A stretch of DNA of 58,428 bases, taken from assembly GCA_022562795.1 (NCBI GenBank), contig JADFOP010000009.1, forward strand, positions 1-58,428, read 5' to 3'. The position numbers and the translations under genes are program-made. Below the pieces are notes generated by a model. That model did not search any database, was not told the origin of the DNA, and was given only the letters and a program-made list of their open reading frames with translations. This DNA is from Nitrospinota bacterium. Lineage in GTDB: Bacteria > JADFOP01. Positions 6,191 to 15,669 of this stretch are shown here, in pieces (position 1 is the stretch's first letter; each line of letters starts with the position of its first letter).

Positions 6191-9100
6191 TTATTGGAGG
6201 ATCTTTAAGAGGTCCTCGAGGCCGCCCGGCAGGGGGGGTATTTGAGAACCGGGCTGGCTTGGCTGGGTGGGCTGCTGGCCCGGCTGGCCGGGAGGTGGCT
6301 GAGGCGAGCCGCCGCCTAGCACTTCACCCAGGATGCCCCCAATTCCCCCTCCCTTCCCCTTAAAGAGCTTTTGCGACGCCAATCGAAGGCCGGCGTCCAG
6401 AAGGTACCGCTCGTCGGGCCGGCACTTCGGGCGGCGGCCGCCCCGGAAGGAGCCTCTGCAGGTGAAGGGGAAGGTCATCCGGCCCGCCGAGTCGGTCAGC
6501 ACCGGCTTGGCGTCGGCGCCGAGGCACTGGTCGGTGAGCTCGGGGCTGAAGACGGCCCAGATGTCGCGGAAATCGATCTCCTGGCGCGGCAGGTCGATCA
6601 CGCCGGGATTGGCGCCCGTCACGATGTCGATATCGTCGGAGTCGAGCATCAGGGTCGAAGGGGCAACGGCGGCGACACCCCGGTTGATGGTAACGGGCAT
6701 GGTCAGGATCCGGAAGGGGGTCGTCTCCTGACGGGTGAATTGGGTTTTGCAGGTGCCGAGCTTCTGGAAGCCGGGAATAAAACCGGCGAGCTTAAAGATA
6801 GGCATATTATCGAGCAGATCCCGCACGATGGCCATGTTGATTTGGCCGTCGGTCACGGTCGCTTGTCCCCGGCCCGACAGCGTCGGCAGGAGCGAGGCGG
6901 CCGTGAGGCCTCGGCCCCTGATGTCGAGGGTCGCCTGAAGGCGCCCCCAGATGGTATTGGGAAGCTTGGCGTGAGCCGTCAACAATTTGTTAACATCCAC
7001 CCCGACGAGCGATGATCGGAAGCTGAACCGCGCCGAGGCGGGGTCGAGGTCTACCACCGCAGAGCCGTCGTATCTGCCGCCGTGAAGACCGAAGGTTAAA
7101 TTGTTGAGGATGAAGACGCCTTGACGGAGAGAGGTTTTGGCCTGAAGGTTCTCTAAAAGCAGATCATTGTATACGGCCTGCCGCACCCGCACGTCTCCCG
7201 AGGCTGAGACCTTCTTGAACCAACTTAGCCAGTCGTACGGGCGCTCCTGGGCTTTCACAAGCAGAATTCGGGCGGGGGGTGGTTGGCCGTAAGGTTCGGT
7301 GAGGTGCGTCCGGCTACTGGGGGCCTTTTTCTTCTCCGCGGCCTTCCACTGGTGGAGAACGAGTCGCGGAGCATCCAGATTAAAGGAGACCTGGGGGGCG
7401 TCAAACCCTCGTACGGTGGCTGAGAGCGAAAGGATGCTGTCTCCGTAAGCCACCGTGAACTTCTTGAGTATCGCCTCCTGGCCCTTTAGCTCGATCGTCC
7501 CCGTCATATTCTCCAAAGGGGCGGCGAGTTGTGGCAAGCGGGCCTTCAGGTCTCTGACCTCTACGATACCCTTTGCCTGGGCGTCCTTCAGCCGCGCCGT
7601 GTCGCCCTGGACGTGGATGTCCACGCTGACGGTGCCTGCCAGGCCGTAGCCTTTCAGGAAGGGGAGGCTCTCAGTGAGCCGCTCGAGCCTAATGGGGGAG
7701 GAGGCCACCGTAAGGCTCCCCCGAGGCTGGTCGAGGTCGGCCACATGGGCCGCCCCCCGTATCCAGTCCTTCCCGAGGATGGCTTCGAAGGTCTTCAGGG
7801 TGAAAGATTTTCCGGTGTGTCGGCCCTCGACTGCGACGCGGGCGGGCTGACCCAAAGGCTTAATAATCCAGTCGGGGTGGTGGAGGCCCACCTTGGTGAG
7901 GTCAACCACCGCCCGGCCGGATAGCTTCGGGAAAGAACCCGAAAAGGAAACCGATGCATCGGCCTTCCCGTTTATCTTGAATCCAGGCGGCAAGGCGGCC
8001 CGTAGGGCGGGGAGGGTCTCAAGCACCGTCTCTAGCGGTCCGATGCCGGATGCCGTGATATCCGACTGGGTGAAAACCAGGGTCTCGGGCTTGGAAACCC
8101 GTCCCTTGACCCCTACGGCCAGGCTCACCTGGCCGGTTAGCTTCTTGCCCGCCGGAACCCATCGGGCCAGGTCCACTCGGTTGGTGCGAAGGGTGAGATC
8201 GATAACCGGGTCTTTCAGGTTCTTGACCGAGCCCCGGCCGCTTGCCTCCAGGTCTTTGATCGCCAGGGAGACCTGCTCGATTGTCACATCGCCGCCTCGA
8301 TAGCGGCCACTGAATGTCAGGTTGGCCCGCTCCCCCCTGGGTTTCTTCAGCAGCTCACCGTACCGAAAGTCGCCTTCCTTGAGGTCTACTTTCCCGGTGA
8401 TATCGAAGGACTGCATTGTGCCTTGGATGGTCACCTCAGCCGTCGCGGTTCCCGCCAGGGCGAGGTCTTTCGGCCAGTAAGACTTGAGCGGCGGGGCGAG
8501 GGTAAATATCTTCTCAACAGGCCCCACCTTCGAGAGGACGAGTCGTCCGGAGACCCGGCTCTTGGCAGGCTCCGCCGTTGGGCCGGCCACCTCTCCGGTG
8601 AAGGAGAACTGGCCGTGGAGAGGGTTTCCCTTGAGGGCGGGCAGGACCCGCTCCCAGCCTGCCAGGCTCACGGTGTTCGTCGCGAGCTTCAAATCGACGA
8701 TGGGTTGTGTGAGGTTGGTTACGCTGCCGCTCGCGTCGAGCTTCAAGGTGTGAAGGTCGAGATGGGTTTTTCGTAGGGTCAGGCGTCGGCCGTCGTAGCG
8801 GCCGTCGAACCGCAGCGCGCCCGCCACCCCGGCCTCCTTGTCAAGAAGACCCTTCCAGGCGAGCTTAGTTCGTTTGGCGTCCACGAAGCCACGGGCTGTG
8901 AAGTCCGAAAGGGTTCCCCCGACGTTGACTTCAATGGCCAAGGGGCCCGAGAGCGTCATACCGGGAGGCAGCCGGTCGGGAAGTGACGGGTCGAGCTTCG
9001 CTAGATCTTCAAGTGAGGCCCCGTCGGTTGCCACCTTGATGTCGATCTCTGGTTCGGTACTGGCCTTGGCAACGGCGCCCGAGGCGGCGATGGTGGAGTT

Positions 9101-10111
9101 GCCAATGGTGACGCGGAAGCGCTCGACCTTGATGGTGTCGGCCTTAAAGTCCACCTGGATGGACTGGTCAACCGATAGCGTCAAGGGCTTGGGGGGCCGG
9201 TAATCGTAAGCCGGTGCAGTGAAATCCAAATCCACAAATTCCACCGATCCATCCACCGCCAGCCGCTCTGGATTCTCCTGGGTGAACGTTAGATTGGAGG
9301 TGAGCGACCCGGCGAGGTTGGTAACTGGAAGAAAATCACGCACGTAGGGCTGGAGAGGAGCGAGCTCAAGCCCCGTCGAGCGAACCGACACGGTGATGGG
9401 AATCTTGCCTGGCTGAGGGTTTGTCCCTATGGGCCCCACCGTGCCTTTGAGTCGGAACGGCTGGCGGGTCTTACGAACGAGTGTGGCGGCCACATCGAAA
9501 TCTATGGGGCGTTCCAGGGAGACGTCCCGGAGGCGGACCTCAAGGTCCTCAAACCTGTGGGTAAGGGTTGACCCTGGCATGGCGTGTTGATCGATGATGG
9601 TCAGCGTGCCGTCCTGAATGTCTAGGCGCGAGATCGATAGGCCCGCAATAGAGCTCGGAGCACTCGGGGGTGGAGGAGTTTCGCCCGGTGGGGGGAGGGC
9701 TTTGAGCCTGCCGGGGGAAGGGGCCCCGGTGAGATCGGAGAAGTTGGTGCGGCCGTCCTTGCTTATCGTCAGGAGGACGGTTGGCCTTCGTAGGGTGAGC
9801 TTGCTGACTTCAACACGCCTGGAAAGGAGGGGCAATAGCTTGAGGCTGACATCGATTCCCTCTATCGTAACCGCCGGTGCTCCACCGGAACGCGCACGGT
9901 CGGCAATCTCCACGTTGGCCAGCCGCACCCGGGGCCCTCCCATAAGACTGAGCCGTATCTCTCCGAGCTTCACCTTGCGGTGGAGCGTTTTCTCGAGGGT
10001 TTCAGCAATTTGGCCCCGGTAGGTGTTGATGTCGATAAACTTAGGGAGAACCACCAGGATGGCCAGGATGACGACGCCTACGGCGGCGGCTATCAGGAGA
10101 GGTCGGCGCAT
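6191..10111 (-). CDS. AsmA-family protein, elongated by internal repeats
   Basis: N-terminal TM anchor followed by P.FID.N.YR..I...LE..L.RKV.LG.I.LS; beta-rich body; AsmA-like C-terminus (LSGRG.A.V.DG.I). Confidence 0.85.
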   Translation of the reverse strand: MRRPLLIAAAVGVVILAILVVLPKFIDINTYRGQIAETLEKTLHRKVKLGEIRLSLMGGPRVRLANVEIADRARSGGAPAVTIEGIDVSLKLLPLLSRRVEVSKLTLRRPTVLLTISKDGRTNFSDLTGAPSPGRLKALPPPGETPPPPSAPSSIAGLSISRLDIQDGTLTIIDQHAMPGSTLTHRFEDLEVRLRDVSLERPIDFDVAATLVRKTRQPFRLKGTVGPIGTNPQPGKIPITVSVRSTGLELAPLQPYVRDFLPVTNLAGSLTSNLTFTQENPERLAVDGSVEFVDLDFTAPAYDYRPPKPLTLSVDQSIQVDFKADTIKVERFRVTIGNSTIAASGAVAKASTEPEIDIKVATDGASLEDLAKLDPSLPDRLPPGMTLSGPLAIEVNVGGTLSDFTARGFVDAKRTKLAWKGLLDKEAGVAGALRFDGRYDGRRLTLRKTHLDLHTLKLDASGSVTNLTQPIVDLKLATNTVSLAGWERVLPALKGNPLHGQFSFTGEVAGPTAEPAKSRVSGRLVLSKVGPVEKIFTLAPPLKSYWPKDLALAGTATAEVTIQGTMQSFDITGKVDLKEGDFRYGELLKKPRGERANLTFSGRYRGGDVTIEQVSLAIKDLEASGRGSVKNLKDPVIDLTLRTNRVDLARWVPAGKKLTGQVSLAVGVKGRVSKPETLVFTQSDITASGIGPLETVLETLPALRAALPPGFKINGKADASVSFSGSFPKLSGRAVVDLTKVGLHHPDWIIKPLGQPARVAVEGRHTGKSFTLKTFEAILGKDWIRGAAHVADLDQPRGSLTVASSPIRLERLTESLPFLKGYGLAGTVSVDIHVQGDTARLKDAQAKGIVEVRDLKARLPQLAAPLENMTGTIELKGQEAILKKFTVAYGDSILSLSATVRGFDAPQVSFNLDAPRLVLHQWKAAEKKKAPSSRTHLTEPYGQPPPARILLVKAQERPYDWLSWFKKVSASGDVRVRQAVYNDLLLENLQAKTSLRQGVFILNNLTFGLHGGRYDGSAVVDLDPASARFSFRSSLVGVDVNKLLTAHAKLPNTIWGRLQATLDIRGRGLTAASLLPTLSGRGQATVTDGQINMAIVRDLLDNMPIFKLAGFIPGFQKLGTCKTQFTRQETTPFRILTMPVTINRGVAAVAPSTLMLDSDDIDIVTGANPGVIDLPRQEIDFRDIWAVFSPELTDQCLGADAKPVLTDSAGRMTFPFTCRGSFRGGRRPKCRPDERYLLDAGLRLASQKLFKGKGGGIGGILGEVLGGGSPQPPPGQPGQQPTQPSQPGSQIPPLPGGLEDLLKILQ

Positions 10112-10123
10112 GGGCGCCTCACT

Positions 10124-11098
10124 TCAGGCGCTGGAGGGGGAGGCGGCCCTGCGAGCGGCCACCTGCGCCTCACAGAACGCTATTACGGGCTCGGCACTGT
10201 TGACCCCGTTGAACTGGTCAACCTCGTAGACCCCGGCCGGACAGGTAACGTTGATCTCTGTGATTAACCCGCCGATGACGTCGAGGCCCACGAAGTAGAG
10301 TCCGTCGTCGACAAGCCGGCTCGCGATCGATTCGCAGAGAGCCCGGTCGGCCGCCGACACGTCCGCCGGCTCGGCGGTCCCTCCGGCGGAGATGTTGGCC
10401 CGGTGGTCGCCGGGCGAGGGGCGACGAAGAAACGCCCCGATAGGCTCGCCGTCGAGCACCAGGATCCGTTTGTCGCCCTCGGTGGCCACCTCCGGCAGGT
10501 AGCGTTGGGCCAGAATGAGGTTTCGGCCCTTGTCCGTGACGCTGTCCAGGATCACTCCCAGGTTGGTGTCGCCGGTTCGGCAGACGAAGACTTCCTGCCC
10601 GCCGTAGCTGCCCAGGGGCTTGATTACCATCGAGCCCCCCACTCGCTCCATGAACGCCGTTAGCTCGGCCTTTGTGCGAGCCACGAGGCTTTCGGGAATG
10701 AGAGCCGGGAAATGGAGGCTATAGAGCTTCTCGTTTGCGTTCCGAATGCCGCGCGGGTCGTTGATGACGAAGGTTCCGGCTGGAGCCAACTCCAAGACGT
10801 AGGTCGCGTAAATGTACGACATATCGAAGGGCGGCTCCTTGCGCATGAAGACGCAGTCGAAATCCCCTAGGGGCGTGACCGTCGCCGGGCCTTTCGGCAC
10901 CCACCCCCGGGCGGGGTCCATCTCAACCGGAGATGCCCGGCCGGTTGGGGTGGCCTCGTCTACGGCGAGGTCTGCCGCCTCTATGGCGAAGACGGCGTGG
11001 CCCCGGCGCTGGCACTCCGCCATGAGGCAAAACGAGGTGTCGCCAACGAATTCTAGAGCGTCGAAGGGGTCGAGGACGAAGGCAAAGGCTAGGCTCAT
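10124..11098 (-). CDS. gshB: Glutathione synthetase
   Basis: MRKEPPFD..YIYATY.LE, IRNANEKL, GDKRIL..DGE, RANISAGG, GLDVIG..ITEINVT.P. Confidence 0.93.
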   Translation of the reverse strand: MSLAFAFVLDPFDALEFVGDTSFCLMAECQRRGHAVFAIEAADLAVDEATPTGRASPVEMDPARGWVPKGPATVTPLGDFDCVFMRKEPPFDMSYIYATYVLELAPAGTFVINDPRGIRNANEKLYSLHFPALIPESLVARTKAELTAFMERVGGSMVIKPLGSYGGQEVFVCRTGDTNLGVILDSVTDKGRNLILAQRYLPEVATEGDKRILVLDGEPIGAFLRRPSPGDHRANISAGGTAEPADVSAADRALCESIASRLVDDGLYFVGLDVIGGLITEINVTCPAGVYEVDQFNGVNSAEPVIAFCEAQVAARRAASPSSA

Positions 11099-11154
11099 TC
11101 GGCAGAGGTCCTCTTTGGGCGGCGTGGATACGGGGGCCTGGGCCAGCCGCGGGC

Positions 11155-11184
11155 ATTTTATCAGAGCGCTTTTCCCCGCGTCAA
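11155..11184 (-). promoter_or_regulatory. Putative sigma70 promoter for gshB
   Basis: Minus strand TTGACG-18 bp-TAAAAT with extended -10 TG. Confidence 0.55.
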
Positions 11185-11207
11185 GGAGCGGCGGGGGGCG
11201 TTCCTCG

Positions 11208-11236
11208 TTGACCGGCCCCGGCTGCTTCTGTATGAT
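11208..11236 (+). promoter_or_regulatory. Putative sigma70 promoter for gshA
   Basis: TTGACC-17 bp-TATGAT. Confidence 0.6.
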
Positions 11237-11269
11237 GCTGGCTTACCTTCAAAGGAGACCCGTCGCTCT

Positions 11270-12622
11270 GTGAAGCCCGAAGATATCCCTATCCAAAGCG
11301 CAGATGAGTTGGTTCTCGAATTCACTTCGGGGTGCAAGCCATCGACGGAGTGGCTCACCGGATTGGAGCTTGAGAAGGTTGGTGTCGATCCAGCCACCGC
11401 CGAGGCTATGCCCTTCGGCGGCCCCCGGGGCATTGAAGCCGCCCTCACCTCCATGGCCGAGAAGCACGGCTGGGAGCCCACGGTGGAAGACGGGAGAGTG
11501 GTTGGACTCACGCGGGACGGTTCGGCCATTACCTTGGAGCCCGGCGGGCAGCACGAGTTCGCTAGCCCTCCCTCCCCCGACCTCCATACAATGGAGGCCG
11601 AGCTCGCCCGGCACCAGGAGGAGATCCGCCAGGTGGCCGATCACCTGGGGGTGGCTTTCCTGGGGATCGGCATGCAACCCGTAACCCCCCTGGAGGCCAT
11701 TGAGTGGACTCCCAAAGGTCGATACGCCATCATGGCGCCCTACCTGGGGTCCAAGGGCACCTTGGCCCACGCCATGATGAAGCAGACCACCGCCATCCAA
11801 TGCACCTTCGACTACTCCGACGAGGCCGATTGCTTCTCCAAGATGAGGCTCGCCATGGGGCTCTCTCCCATCGCCACGGCGCTCTTCGCCCACTCCTCAA
11901 TCACCGGGGGGTATATCAACGGCTTCCGGAGCTTTCGTGGCCACATTTGGGTCCATACTGACCCGGATCGCTGCGGGATTGTCAGAGGGGTGTTTGACGA
12001 GGGCTTCGGATTTGAAGCCTACACGGAGTGGTGTTTGGCGGTCCCGGCGATGTTCATCCTCCGCGAGGGTCGGTGGATCGCCCTGGGTGGGATGCCCTTC
12101 GGCCGGTTTCTGGCCGAGGGGTTCGAAGGCCATCGCGCCACCATGGCCGATTGGCAGCTCCACCTGACTACCATCTTCACCGAAGCCCGCTTGAAGACGT
12201 TCATCGAGGTCAGGTGCGCCGATAGCCTGAGGCCCGACGACGTCCTCGTGGTCCCGGCCTTCTGGAAAGGCCTCCTCTACGACGCCGAGGCGCGGGCCGC
12301 CGCCTGGGAGCTAATAGCGGGGTGGCCTTTCGAGGAGCGCCTGGTGCTCTGGCATACCGCTCCCGGCTACGGCCTGGCCACCCCTACGCCCGACGGCCGG
12401 ACCATCTTCGACCTCGCTCGCGACCTTCTCTCCTTGAGTTTGGATGGCCTGACACGTCAGGCCGTCCTTGACCCCCAGGGCCGGGACGAAACGATCTACC
12501 TCGAGACCTTTGCCGACCGGTTGCTTGAGACGGGCCGATGCCCGGCTGATGAGCTCTCCGCCCTCTGGGTTGGCGAATGGGCCGGAGACCCTGCCCGGCT
12601 CGTCGAGTGGTGCAGGTATTAA
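11270..12622 (+). CDS. gshA: Glutamate--cysteine ligase (GCS2, plant/alphaproteobacterial type)
   Basis: SGCKP...W..G.E.EK, ITLEPGGQ.E, PKGRY.IM..Y, MM..T..IQ..FDYSDE.D, HIW..TDPDRCG, HLTTIF.EARLK.FIEVR.AD; divergent from gshB. Confidence 0.92.
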   Translation: MKPEDIPIQSADELVLEFTSGCKPSTEWLTGLELEKVGVDPATAEAMPFGGPRGIEAALTSMAEKHGWEPTVEDGRVVGLTRDGSAITLEPGGQHEFASPPSPDLHTMEAELARHQEEIRQVADHLGVAFLGIGMQPVTPLEAIEWTPKGRYAIMAPYLGSKGTLAHAMMKQTTAIQCTFDYSDEADCFSKMRLAMGLSPIATALFAHSSITGGYINGFRSFRGHIWVHTDPDRCGIVRGVFDEGFGFEAYTEWCLAVPAMFILREGRWIALGGMPFGRFLAEGFEGHRATMADWQLHLTTIFTEARLKTFIEVRCADSLRPDDVLVVPAFWKGLLYDAEARAAAWELIAGWPFEERLVLWHTAPGYGLATPTPDGRTIFDLARDLLSLSLDGLTRQAVLDPQGRDETIYLETFADRLLETGRCPADELSALWVGEWAGDPARLVEWCRY

Positions 12623-12718
12623 GACAGTCCAGTAAAGGGTAGGCATGGGACATTCACCAGAGACAGTTCGATCGTTGACCCCCTCCCACTTCCCGAATTC
12701 AAGACACCCCGATTAGCC

Positions 12719-12747
12719 TTGACAGCCCAAGGAGGCTCTGTTAGAGT
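12719..12747 (+). promoter_or_regulatory. Putative sigma70 promoter for nuoE leader
   Basis: TTGACA-17 bp-TAGAGT with extended -10 TG. Confidence 0.7.
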
Positions 12748-12842
12748 GCCGTTTTTGAAATGGCGGCGTGTCGGCGCCCTGTACGCTGTTATCAGACATG
12801 GCGCACGCCTAGACGCTGTCGGCTCTATGTACACCAACGGTG

Positions 12843-12889
12843 GGGAAGCCGAAGCTTTGGGGTCGCTTTCTTCGGCTAGCCCTTTTTTT
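12843..12889 (+). terminator. Terminator-like hairpin within the nuoE leader
   Basis: AGCCGAAG (12847-12854) pairs with CTTCGGCT (12870-12877), followed by T7 at 12883-12889. Confidence 0.55.
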
Positions 12890-12940
12890 CAACCCTCTCT
12901 TGTTCCCCTTTTCACATGTCAATAGCCGGAGAACTCCCTT

Positions 12941-13450
12941 GTGCTTGATGCCTCCTTCCTCAAGAACCTGAGGACGATAGAGGCCCGCTATCCTGACCGG
13001 CGAAGCGCCATCCTTCCGGCCCTCTACCTGCTCCAGGAACGGGATGGCTACATCACCCCCGAGGGAATGCAGGCCTTGGCCGTCCACTTCGACATCTCTC
13101 CCATGGCCGTCCACGAGGTGGGCAGCTTCTACACCATGCTTAATTTCAGGCCTGTGGGGCGCCATCATATTCAAGTATGTAGGACGCTGCCATGCAAGCT
13201 CCGAGGGTCCGATCAGGTGACCTCCTGCATCGCTAATAAGCTAGGGATTTCGGTCGGTGATGTGACGCCCGACGGGACCTTCTCTCTCTTGACGGTCGAG
13301 TGCCTTGGCAGCTGCGACACGGCCCCCATGATGCAGGTAAACGACCTCTATTATGAAAACCTCACCCGGGCGAGGATCGACGCCGTCCTCGATGAGCTCA
13401 AGGACGAGGACGCGTCCTACACCAAGCGGCCCGGCCCCGACGGGTTCTAG
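12941..13450 (+). CDS. nuoE: NADH:quinone oxidoreductase subunit E (2Fe-2S)
   Basis: RSAILPAL.L.Q...GY, FYTM, VCRTLPC.LRG, VECLGSC..APM. Confidence 0.93.
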   Translation: MLDASFLKNLRTIEARYPDRRSAILPALYLLQERDGYITPEGMQALAVHFDISPMAVHEVGSFYTMLNFRPVGRHHIQVCRTLPCKLRGSDQVTSCIANKLGISVGDVTPDGTFSLLTVECLGSCDTAPMMQVNDLYYENLTRARIDAVLDELKDEDASYTKRPGPDGF

Positions 13451-13453
13451 CTA

Positions 13454-14779
13454 ATGCTTGACGCTCCCTCCTACGGTGTGGGGACCGACTGGCGGCGGTT
13501 TAAGCCGGTCCTCATGCGCCTCAAAGATATAGAAGGCTCCGAAACCCTGAAGGTCTACCAAGACTACGGCGGCTATGCTGCTTTGGAGAAGACCCTTAAA
13601 GAGCACGAGCCCGAGGAGATCATCGAGATCGTGAAGGACTCGGGCCTTAGGGGTCGGGGCGGGGCTGGGTTCCCGGCGGGCCTCAAGTGGAGCTTCATCC
13701 CCAAAGACCCCAGCGTGCCGAAGTACGTGACGTGCAATGCCGACGAGAGCGAGCCTGGCGCCTTCAAGGATCGCTACCTAATAGAGCGAGAACCTCACCA
13801 GCTCCTCGAGGGGATACTGATAACGAGTTACGCTGTTGAGTCTGAGCTCGCCTTCATATACATCCGGGGGGAGTTCGTCCACGGAGCCCGGGTTCTTGAG
13901 AGAGCAATAGAAGAGGCCCGCCAGGCGGGGCTTATCGGCAAGAATATCCTGGGCACAGGGTTTAATTGCGATGTATACATCCACCGGGGAGCGGGCGCCT
14001 ATATATGCGGCGAAGAGACAGGCATGCTCTCGTCCCTCGAAGGAATGAGGGGTGAGCCGAAGCTCAAACCCCCCTTCCCGGCCAGCAAGGGACTCTACGG
14101 AAAGCCAACAGTCATCAATAACGTCGAGACTCTGGCGTGTGTGCCCCACATTGTCCAGTACGGCCCCGAGTGGTTTAAATCCATCGGCACCGAGAAGTCC
14201 ACGGGACCGAAAATATTCTGCCTGGCGGGGCACGTCGAGCGGCCTGGCCTCTATGAGTATCCGTTGGGGATTCCGCTTAGGGATCTCCTGGAAGAGGTGG
14301 GCGGCGGTGTGCTCGACGGCAGGCGCCTGAAGGGGGTTATCCCCGGGGGCTCCTCAACCGCCGTGCTCGCACCTGATAAGCTCGACACTCCGCTAGACTT
14401 TGAGTCCGTTGCCGAAGCGGGCAGTGCGCTAGGCACGGCTTCCCTCATTGTGTTGGATGAGACCGTCTGCATTGTTGAAGCCGCCGCCAACTTCGCCCAT
14501 TTTTACTCCCACGAGTCCTGCGGCCAGTGTACCCAGTGCCGTGAGGGGACAACCTGGATGGCCAAGATTCTAGACCGCATCGAGGCGGGGCAGGGGCGAA
14601 AAGAGGACCTCGATACCTTGCTCGATATGTGTCAGTCGATGAAGGAAACGACCATTTGCTTCCTTTCCGATTCGGCGGCCATCCCGACCGAGGCGTTCAT
14701 AGCCAACTACCGCGAAGAGTTCGAGCAGCACATCGCCGAGGGCCGATGTCCCTTCGATAAAATAGACCGGCTCGCCTGA
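13454..14779 (+). CDS. nuoF: NADH:quinone oxidoreductase subunit F
   Basis: SGLRGRGGAGFP.GLKWSF, NADESEPG.FKDR, GAGAYICGEET, HESCGQCTQCREG. Confidence 0.96.
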   Translation: MLDAPSYGVGTDWRRFKPVLMRLKDIEGSETLKVYQDYGGYAALEKTLKEHEPEEIIEIVKDSGLRGRGGAGFPAGLKWSFIPKDPSVPKYVTCNADESEPGAFKDRYLIEREPHQLLEGILITSYAVESELAFIYIRGEFVHGARVLERAIEEARQAGLIGKNILGTGFNCDVYIHRGAGAYICGEETGMLSSLEGMRGEPKLKPPFPASKGLYGKPTVINNVETLACVPHIVQYGPEWFKSIGTEKSTGPKIFCLAGHVERPGLYEYPLGIPLRDLLEEVGGGVLDGRRLKGVIPGGSSTAVLAPDKLDTPLDFESVAEAGSALGTASLIVLDETVCIVEAAANFAHFYSHESCGQCTQCREGTTWMAKILDRIEAGQGRKEDLDTLLDMCQSMKETTICFLSDSAAIPTEAFIANYREEFEQHIAEGRCPFDKIDRLA

Positions 14780-14792
14780 GGAGCGACCCACC

Positions 14793-15293
14793 GTGGCTGC
14801 ATTCGCCTTTTACATATTTAGTGCCCTGGCGATCGCATGTGCCGTAATGGTCATCTTCCAGCCTAATGTAATCTATAGCGCGCTCTACCTCATTGGGACG
14901 CTCCTGGCCCTTGCGGGGCTATTCTTGTTGCTCAACGCCCAATTCATCGCCGTAGTCCACATCATCGTGTATGCCGGGGCCATTATGGTCCTCTTTCTCT
15001 TCGTCATCATGCTCCTCGACTTGGGGAGGGACCCGGCCGGGACGGAGCAGTTGAAATACCAGCGCGGCATGGGGATAGGCCTGGCGGTTATCTTTTTGCT
15101 GGAGCTCGCCGTGGCATCCTCCTTTGGAGCACTCGCCGGTGTCGCTGAGGGCCCGCTACCTGCATCATTCGGCTACACCGAGGTGCTGGGGCGGTTATTG
15201 TTCACCAAGTACCTCTTCCCCTTCGAGGCCACGAGCATTTTGCTATTCGTTGCGGCTATCGGGGCCGTGGTCCTGGGGAAGCGGCGCAGCTGA
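14793..15293 (+). CDS. nuoJ: NADH:quinone oxidoreductase subunit J
   Basis: VYAGAIMVLFLFVIMLL, LFTKYLFPFE..S.LL..A.IGA. Confidence 0.93.
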   Translation: MAAFAFYIFSALAIACAVMVIFQPNVIYSALYLIGTLLALAGLFLLLNAQFIAVVHIIVYAGAIMVLFLFVIMLLDLGRDPAGTEQLKYQRGMGIGLAVIFLLELAVASSFGALAGVAEGPLPASFGYTEVLGRLLFTKYLFPFEATSILLFVAAIGAVVLGKRRS

Positions 15294-15356
15294 GAAGCGG
15301 GCCAGCGATTGCGCGCGCTCTCCATCTTTGAGCGGACGACCGGCTAGGGACGACTC

Positions 15357-15662
15357 ATGACCGTCGGCCTCACTCACTACCTTTTCGTAAGCGCCATTCT
15401 CTTTAGCATCGGGGTGGTGGGGGTCATGGTGCGGCGCAACGCGATCGTTATCTTCATGTCCATCGAGTTGATGCTGAACGCCGTGAACCTGACTTTCATA
15501 GCCCTTAGCCGCTATCTCCACGCTCCCGACGGCCAGCTCTTCGTTTTCTTCGTCATGGTTGTGGCCGCCGCCGAGGCGGTGGTGGGCCTTGCTGTCATCA
15601 TATCCGTCTTCCGGTTCCGCGAGAGCGTTGACGTGGACCGGGTCAACCTCTTCAAGTGGTAA
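15357..15662 (+). CDS. nuoK: NADH:quinone oxidoreductase subunit K
   Basis: [27 protein letters not shown]. Confidence 0.95.
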   Translation: MTVGLTHYLFVSAILFSIGVVGVMVRRNAIVIFMSIELMLNAVNLTFIALSRYLHAPDGQLFVFFVMVVAAAEAVVGLAVIISVFRFRESVDVDRVNLFKW

Positions 15663-15669
15663 CGATTCT

